Shown piece after piece: positions 58,486-64,000 of a stretch of 64,000 bases of DNA. Position 1 is the stretch's first letter. Every line of letters starts with the position of its first letter. The stretch is taken from the sequence record NZ_CP104589.1; one strand, written 5' to 3'. Origin of the DNA: a plasmid. Position numbers and translations under genes: made by a program. The notes under the pieces are model-generated. The model ran no database searches and was not told the DNA's origin. It saw only the letters and a list, made by a program, of their open reading frames with translations.

Positions 58486-59240
58486 CTGGCCTGCTGCATG
58501 GTGGCGCTAACAAGGGCGATGGTAGAGGTGGCGTCGAGCCATGGGGTGCTACGGCGGATCTGTAGCAGGAAGATGGAGGCGACGTAGAACACATCAGGCG
58601 CCTCAATCGGAACGGCTTTAACCCCCTGGCCTTTCTCGAAGACCTTCACGAACACCTTGCCGCCATCCTGCCGTTCCATTGAGAAGCCTTTGCTGTTGTC
58701 CTGGCCATGCGACTTGAACTCGCAGGACTTCCGCTTGCCAAGCAGGACTGCAGCGACAACCGGCAGCTCTGCCCGGGTCATCTGGATACGAACCTTTTTC
58801 TTCCAGTCGTAGGTCTTGGGACCGACAGATGCAGCCGCATCCAGTGCAATGGTAGGTACACCGCCCCGCGTGGTGTCCTCCTCGAAGCACAGCGCGGCCC
58901 GGCCGCCGTAAACATGGAACTTTGCGCGCTCTTGCCCCTGAGGTTGTTCACCGCGATGACGGGGTGCCTGGTCATCATCATTGACCCGGCCCTCACCTTC
59001 GGATACTTCCGCTTGTTCTTCCGCGACCATCAAATCAGCACCGGCTAACGCTTTGCGCACATAGTCCTGCGCAGCCGGGTTCGTCAGATTGTTTACGGCG
59101 CGAATAAGCGTAGCCCGGTCGGCATGCTGAAAGACCTCTGGCACCTTGGCTGGAGGGATTGGCGGAAAGTTGTGCGCGAGCAACTTGATGTTGATTTGCT
59201 GCAGGGTCACATTCTGCTCAGCAACTGCGTTTTTTGACAT
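58482..59240 (-). CDS. hypothetical protein
   Basis: 252 aa, convergent with int. Confidence 0.45.
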   Translation of the reverse strand: MSKNAVAEQNVTLQQINIKLLAHNFPPIPPAKVPEVFQHADRATLIRAVNNLTNPAAQDYVRKALAGADLMVAEEQAEVSEGEGRVNDDDQAPRHRGEQPQGQERAKFHVYGGRAALCFEEDTTRGGVPTIALDAAASVGPKTYDWKKKVRIQMTRAELPVVAAVLLGKRKSCEFKSHGQDNSKGFSMERQDGGKVFVKVFEKGQGVKAVPIEAPDVFYVASIFLLQIRRSTPWLDATSTIALVSATMQQAS

Positions 59241-59354
59241 GACTGAACCTCAAAGCGTTTATTGCACTCTACTGAACGACTATGAAAACCCAATCGCTTG
59301 GGATTGTAAGAGTGAAGATTAAGTTTGTAGCAGGTCTATAAGAGGAGAACCTGC

Positions 59355-59672
59355 ATGTTCAACACGCTTTCACATATCTGCTCGGTCAAAGAAATGTGCG
59401 GTGATTGCCCGTTCTTGAAGTCTACAACAGATCCAGCTGGGCTCAAGCTTCGCCGCCATCATTTAATTGAGATGCAGGCTGACTTATTGTATCGCCCTCA
59501 TTGCAAATCAAAGGCATCGGAGCACGATTACGGTGATCATCCGCTCTGTCGCGGTTCGGCTGTATACATGGTCAAGACGGGGCGAATCAATGCTGTTTTG
59601 AAGCTCGCTTTCGATCACGGTGTAATGTCGAAGAGCGACCTGGCCAATGAAGCTGACCTGGTTATTGATTGA
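59355..59672 (+). CDS. hypothetical Cys/His-rich protein
   Basis: 105 aa. Confidence 0.4.
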   Translation: MFNTLSHICSVKEMCGDCPFLKSTTDPAGLKLRRHHLIEMQADLLYRPHCKSKASEHDYGDHPLCRGSAVYMVKTGRINAVLKLAFDHGVMSKSDLANEADLVID

Positions 59673-59689
59673 TCTGATTGCTACATAGA

Positions 59690-59720
59690 AAAGGCCAGCA
59701 ATTAGCTGGCCTTTTTTGTT
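59690..59720. terminator. bidirectional intrinsic terminator
   Basis: AAGGCCAGC-AATTA-GCTGGCCTT plus TTTTTG. Confidence 0.7.
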
Positions 59721-59923
59721 GGGCTTGGTGTCGGGATTCTGCAGCTTTTGCGATTTAGAATTTCCGCGTCGCTAGGCCTTGTATGATCAAAGTTGAAAGA
59801 TCCATCATCGAAATGCTCAAGGTATCCCCATTCAACATCACGATCAGATTGACCTGGCTCAGGTCGGGTGGCCCACCAGGGCTCCCGGCTGATCAAATTT
59901 GGCATGACCCATCACCTCGCTCT

Positions 59924-60280
59924 TTAGCTCTGCAGCCAACCCTCGACAACATCAGAACCGAATTCTTGCTTCCATGCCTTCAGTTGCTTGTGGTTGCCGC
60001 CCTTGGTTTCAATGCGTTCACCGTTGTTCGGGTTGATGTAGACCTTCACCTTGCGCCCGGCCCGAGGCGTTTTGGCCGGGGCTGCGGTGCGCATTGCCTG
60101 GGGGTCCAGGATGTTGATGATGTCCTTCAGCGACTTATTATAGTCGGCCATCAGAGCACGCAACTGCTTCTCGAACTCGATCTCTTTCAGCAAGCGATCA
60201 TCCTTGCTCATTTGATCCAGGCGGGCCTGCAGCTCTTTCAGGGCTACTTCGGTTTCACGGTACTCGTTGATAAGCGACAT
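59924..60280 (-). CDS. MvaT/MvaU-family H-NS-like nucleoid protein
   Basis: 118 aa; MSLINEYRETEVALKELQ...IETKGGNHKQLKAWKQEFG collinear with Pseudomonas MvaT. Confidence 0.8.
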   Translation of the reverse strand: MSLINEYRETEVALKELQARLDQMSKDDRLLKEIEFEKQLRALMADYNKSLKDIINILDPQAMRTAAPAKTPRAGRKVKVYINPNNGERIETKGGNHKQLKAWKQEFGSDVVEGWLQS

Positions 60281-60477
60281 GCTGATTCCTTAATTGTTGA
60301 TGACCTTAGACTAGGGACCACCCAAATATAAATTATTGCCCAGAAAGCGCAATGGTTCAGCTGCTGGCAATCAGAAGATTCATAAAGGCATAGCCTGCGA
60401 GCACGCCCCCCGATGCGAAAAATCCATAGAACCCGACCTTTGCCAGTTGTGCTTTTACTTTCATAGTCTTTACGAGA

Positions 60478-61014
60478 TCAGCTCTCGTCCTCCAGTTTTT
60501 GAATATTTTCCTGCAGCAGCTTGAGCGCTACTGCGGTAGCTTTTGAAGCTTCATGAAATTTCTTGAAAAGGCTCTCTTTCCCTTCGAGGAGCGAGTCGAG
60601 CTTGTTGTTCTCTTTGCGGAGAACCTTGGCGATGCTTTCAAAGTCCATGCCTTCCTCTGGCTGCTGACCACTCAGCTTCATGTCCAGGGCTGCACTTTGT
60701 TTGTTGATTAGATCCCGAACACGGTCACGTTGCGCCTGGCTTAGTGTTTCGTGGCCCGTGATGCACTCATAAAGCTTTACGACATCACGGGTTGATTTCT
60801 TCAATGCATCGCAGTGGCTTTTATAATCATCGCCCGTGTTAGCCGAATTGCCACTATTTTCATCGCTTGCCGGCGAGGTGGATTGGCTTGCCACCTCTTC
60901 CAATTGCACCTGGCCAGCCTGGTCGTTCTGCCGGAAGAAATCAGATTCTTTAATGCTGTTGTTTGCTGCAGTGTTCATGTCTGGCTCTCTGTTGGTGGTC
61001 GATAGGTCTATCAA
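60478..61014 (-). CDS. hypothetical coiled-coil protein
   Basis: 178 aa. Confidence 0.4.
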   Translation of the reverse strand: MIDLSTTNREPDMNTAANNSIKESDFFRQNDQAGQVQLEEVASQSTSPASDENSGNSANTGDDYKSHCDALKKSTRDVVKLYECITGHETLSQAQRDRVRDLINKQSAALDMKLSGQQPEEGMDFESIAKVLRKENNKLDSLLEGKESLFKKFHEASKATAVALKLLQENIQKLEDES

Positions 61015-61044
61015 AACACCCTTCAGAAAATACCCAACAGGCCA

Positions 61045-61950
61045 TCAGAAATTTTTTCTCAGCGCTCGTGCCTGGAGCTTTGGGAGTAGCTGCGACATGG
61101 CCTGAGCAGTAAAAAGCAGCAGCTGAATATCCAGCCCGTCTTCAACTTCATCCAGGATCTGGCCGACCAGGGTTTCAGGTTCATACCCCTCTTCCATAGC
61201 CTCGTTGGCCAACTCGAACATCCTGAGTGTTGCCGGCGGCTTCTTGTAGGATTCCTTGTACTGATCGCTGTATGCCGTGATGGTAGATGGAACCGCCGCC
61301 TCTGGGATGTCCACGGCCGGGCTCATCTCGGTGCTATCAATGCATTCCGTCATCTCAACGGCCTTTGGCTTCGTCTTTTTCGCTGGCCTGGATTCTGCGC
61401 GTATATCCCGCACTGCAGCGCATATTGCTTTGGCGCCCTCCTCGCACAGTTCGCGCTGCGTCTCTGCATCCAGTTTGCACAGCAGCTCGGCAGCTGAAAT
61501 GCTCACCTCCCCTTCCTTGACCGCGTGCAGCAGCTCCGGAACAGCCTCTCTAACCACCTTGCACGCTGACGATATTGATCGAGGACTTACCGCCATCACC
61601 TTGGCAGCCTCGTCGAGATTGAGAGGTGTCGAGGTGTCTGTTGCTTTCAGGGAGGAAAATTCCGCTGCGATAAGGGCGCGCTGGGCTACGTTGAGCTGCC
61701 GGCGATACAGGTTGAGGGACATGACGTGCCCAAGCGGGTCCGACCCTGTGTAGTGCTCGACAGTTGGCTCGATGTCGAGCTCAACACAACAACGATATCG
61801 GTTCCGGCCGTCGAGGATTTTACCCTCGTGCAGGATTACCGGCTCCCGCTGGCCCTTGGCCTCGATGTCAGATTTGAGCGATGCGAATTCTTCGCCGGTG
61901 ATAAGCGGGAAAATCTGAGAGAACGGATGGAAGTCGTAATGGGTAACCAT
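61045..61950 (-). CDS. ParB-like nuclease domain protein
   Basis: N-terminal PVILHEGKILDGRNRYRCC resembles the ParB/Srx motif; HTH-like middle region. Confidence 0.6.
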   Translation of the reverse strand: MVTHYDFHPFSQIFPLITGEEFASLKSDIEAKGQREPVILHEGKILDGRNRYRCCVELDIEPTVEHYTGSDPLGHVMSLNLYRRQLNVAQRALIAAEFSSLKATDTSTPLNLDEAAKVMAVSPRSISSACKVVREAVPELLHAVKEGEVSISAAELLCKLDAETQRELCEEGAKAICAAVRDIRAESRPAKKTKPKAVEMTECIDSTEMSPAVDIPEAAVPSTITAYSDQYKESYKKPPATLRMFELANEAMEEGYEPETLVGQILDEVEDGLDIQLLLFTAQAMSQLLPKLQARALRKNF

Positions 61951-62046
61951 GGCTAGATACCGAGAGGTTGGATGCCCCTACGGTACCGAACGGCAGCGCG
62001 CCATGGCGGGCTAGACCTACAACTTTTTTGCATGTTTTGCAGGCAT

Positions 62047-62074
62047 GAAAAAAACCGCCGATTGGCGGTTTTTT
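62047..62074. terminator. bidirectional intrinsic terminator
   Basis: AAAAAAACCGCCGATTGGCGGTTTTTTC. Confidence 0.7.
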
Positions 62075-62325
62075 CAAAGCATCTGATCTTTCAAGGACTC
62101 GATCAACTTTTCGAGCTCTTCCGGGTCTGGGTCGGTTTTCACGAATCGCATGGTTTTGTCCGAAAGCACCTCCATGACACCCCAGGCAATATCGTGCAAA
62201 TCCTGCCCTGGCTCGGGCGGGTTTTCCCAGTATATGAACGAGCGAACAACGAGTGGCTCTGTTTTTTTCTTCATCGCATGCATCTCGGATTCCCTGGTGC
62301 GGGACGCATCAACTAATGGTTTCAT
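62074..62325 (-). CDS. hypothetical protein
   Basis: 83 aa. Confidence 0.4.
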   Translation of the reverse strand: MKPLVDASRTRESEMHAMKKKTEPLVVRSFIYWENPPEPGQDLHDIAWGVMEVLSDKTMRFVKTDPDPEELEKLIESLKDQML

Positions 62326-62673
62326 TGTATGCGAATCACCAATTTTCGGTAATTACATCTGTGTAATTTGGTGAAATAATTCTCCACGATTGTCATGGAT
62401 CAATAAGTATCAGCGATATTGACAGGGCCATCAGAGTCTTGATTCAGCTAAATTGAGGCTGCCATCGCAACCTCAAGAATCCACTTCAGCTGGAAGGCCG
62501 CATGTCCATCACTACCTTCAGGCCTGGATAGTGCTTTTCTGCCTGCTCCGTATCCTGGATCAGTTCGATCAGCTGCGAAGGAGTCGGTATTTCGTGCTGC
62601 ATAACCCGCCCCCCTTCTCAATGACTCGCAAGCGCGAACGCTTGGGTGCTGCGGCTAATCCAGGTGTTCAATT

Positions 62674-63012
62674 CTATGCTGCTGCAACCTTGTCGGCTGC
62701 AGCCATGATCGAGTCAATCATGCGAGCATGGGCGCTGATCAGTTGATTTCGGCTTTGAAGCAGAAATGCCTTGGCGTCTGCAGCGCACTTGCACCAGTGA
62801 TCAGTGATTACAGCGTATTGCTCGACACTTGTGCTGTGGGTCAAGTCAGCAGCCTTGATCATCGGGAGGCTCGCGTAATGGTCAAAGCCGTTGCGAGACG
62901 GGGCGTGCAGTGTTTCGACGTTGGCGCTGGAAATGTTCATGGTTCCCTCCAATGTTCTTGATCGCGGCATCTTGCCATCAATGTCAAGCGAATGGCGTGT
63001 GAATTCTGCCAC
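62674..63012 (-). CDS. hypothetical protein
   Basis: 112 aa. Confidence 0.35.
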   Translation of the reverse strand: MAEFTRHSLDIDGKMPRSRTLEGTMNISSANVETLHAPSRNGFDHYASLPMIKAADLTHSTSVEQYAVITDHWCKCAADAKAFLLQSRNQLISAHARMIDSIMAAADKVAAA

Positions 63013-63116
63013 ATTCTTGTCGATTTAAGATGCTTTGCGGAATGAGAATTATTCGACATGATTCTCGTTAAGCAGCCAGGGGGCAAACTAAGAAGGCCAG
63101 CTTTCGCTGGCCTCTA

Positions 63117-63656
63117 TTACTCGTATGCCTCGGAGGCCGAGGCCATCCGTGCTGCGTTGAACTTCTCAGTCCTGTACCCCAGTGTCATTTCCTTGCTGAA
63201 CAATGGGGCATGCAATGTGATTTGGCCGAACTCGAAAACGAACAAGCTGCTTTTGCTCCCCTTGATCGGGTCGTTTGTGTTCTTGAACTCGAAGCGGCCT
63301 GAAAGTTGATTGAATGCGTTCTCGTACTGATCTGCAGCAAGAGTAAACCAGGCGGCATCAAGAACATTCGCCTTGTCGAAAGCCAGGATCATGCAGGCGA
63401 TATCGCCGTATTCCTCGTACCGCGGAACAACCTGGACAATAGCCCCCCCTGTGAAGCCCTTCCCCTGGTCGCAGGTGATGACGAACTCATCCTCCAACTC
63501 TTCGATGGTGGTGCGGCCAAGCCTGAGGCCGAAGGGTGCATCTAATTGCTCTGGAGCTACGCCCAGCAGCGTGCTGATGCAAGTGTTAGCCAAGACGGCG
63601 ACGGTCATCATGGTTCCTCGGATGTTAGACAGTGTGCAAATTCTCCTGTGCTGCAA
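63117..63656 (-). CDS. hypothetical protein
   Basis: 179 aa. Confidence 0.45.
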   Translation of the reverse strand: MQHRRICTLSNIRGTMMTVAVLANTCISTLLGVAPEQLDAPFGLRLGRTTIEELEDEFVITCDQGKGFTGGAIVQVVPRYEEYGDIACMILAFDKANVLDAAWFTLAADQYENAFNQLSGRFEFKNTNDPIKGSKSSLFVFEFGQITLHAPLFSKEMTLGYRTEKFNAARMASASEAYE

Positions 63657-63908
63657 CCGTGGTGTGTTGGGTTAATAAGCAAGATTCTTGTCGGTTTTAA
63701 TTTTTGTGCTGCATCCACACTAATGTCGAACGCGCTCCGTTTTGGCAGCACTGGCGCATAATCTTGCACGTCAATGCTTGCGCGTCGTCACAAGGCATCC
63801 GTTTTGGCAGCGCGACACAGATTTTGACTTTCAACAGCTCTAGTTATCGCGACCCTGCTGCCGCTACTCGTCCAATTCGGCAACAGCTTTGATCCATGCT
63901 CTCGGCGG

Positions 63909-64000
63909 GCGATTTCACGGTGAAATTTGGCAGAAGGGTGGCCAGGCGATTTCACGGTGAAATTTGGCAGAAGGGTGGCCATGCGATTTCACGGTGAAAT
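63909..64000. repeat. 37-bp tandem direct repeats (2.5 copies, cut by window edge)
   Basis: GCGATTTCACGGTGAAATTTGGCAGAAGGGTGGCCA(G/T) x2.5; each holds near-palindrome ATTTCACGGTGAAAT; related TTTGGCAG motifs at 63741 and 63803. Confidence 0.6.

Overview
This window looks like part of a large Pseudomonas-type conjugative plasmid or ICE backbone with a multi-layered resistance mosaic in the middle.

Left end, 1-18.4 kb: the 3' end of a umuC/rulB-family gene, then backbone genes (SF2 helicase, HU, UvrD-like helicase, CobS/CobT-like AAA+/vWA pair, many small hypotheticals). From about 8.1 to 17.3 kb the intergenic regions have a strikingly repetitive architecture.

Middle, 18.4-35.8 kb: a Tn21-subfamily tnpA-tnpR module whose res site carries a class 1 integron (intI1, PcW, attI1). 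Cassettes are a Fos-family gene, blaVIM-2-like, aac(6')-Ib (Ser variant), blaOXA-10-family and aadA1, followed by a qacF/H-like SMR gene and then IS26 (820 bp, no TSD). After IS26 come a truncated HigA-like gene and a truncated replicase-like gene. Next is a complete 6,253-bp Tn5563-like Tn3-subfamily transposon: tnpR with a C-terminal extension, an RHH-PIN toxin-antitoxin pair, tnpA, and merR/merT/merP cargo.

35.9-41.2 kb: an integrase-rich element abutting a 5'-truncated rulB downstream of rulA and a LexA box. One of its tyrosine-recombinase genes is split by an IS256-family IS with an 8-bp TSD.

Right end, 41.7-64 kb: a fic gene and a tightly coupled 8-gene operon of unknown function. Then an iteron oriV with a Rep_3-family repA, an orphan MTase-fusion gene, a DksA/TraR-like gene, a PPP phosphatase, a P4-type integrase, an MvaT-like H-NS gene, a ParB-like gene and terminal tandem repeats.

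Most interesting signals: the repeated hairpin plus anti-SD intergenic modules; a recurrent GCTTGGGATT/palindrome regulon motif; the unknown 8-gene operon; a solo Tn5563-type IR inside the Tn21-like res-tnpR region; and opposite-orientation rulB fragments implying an inversion.
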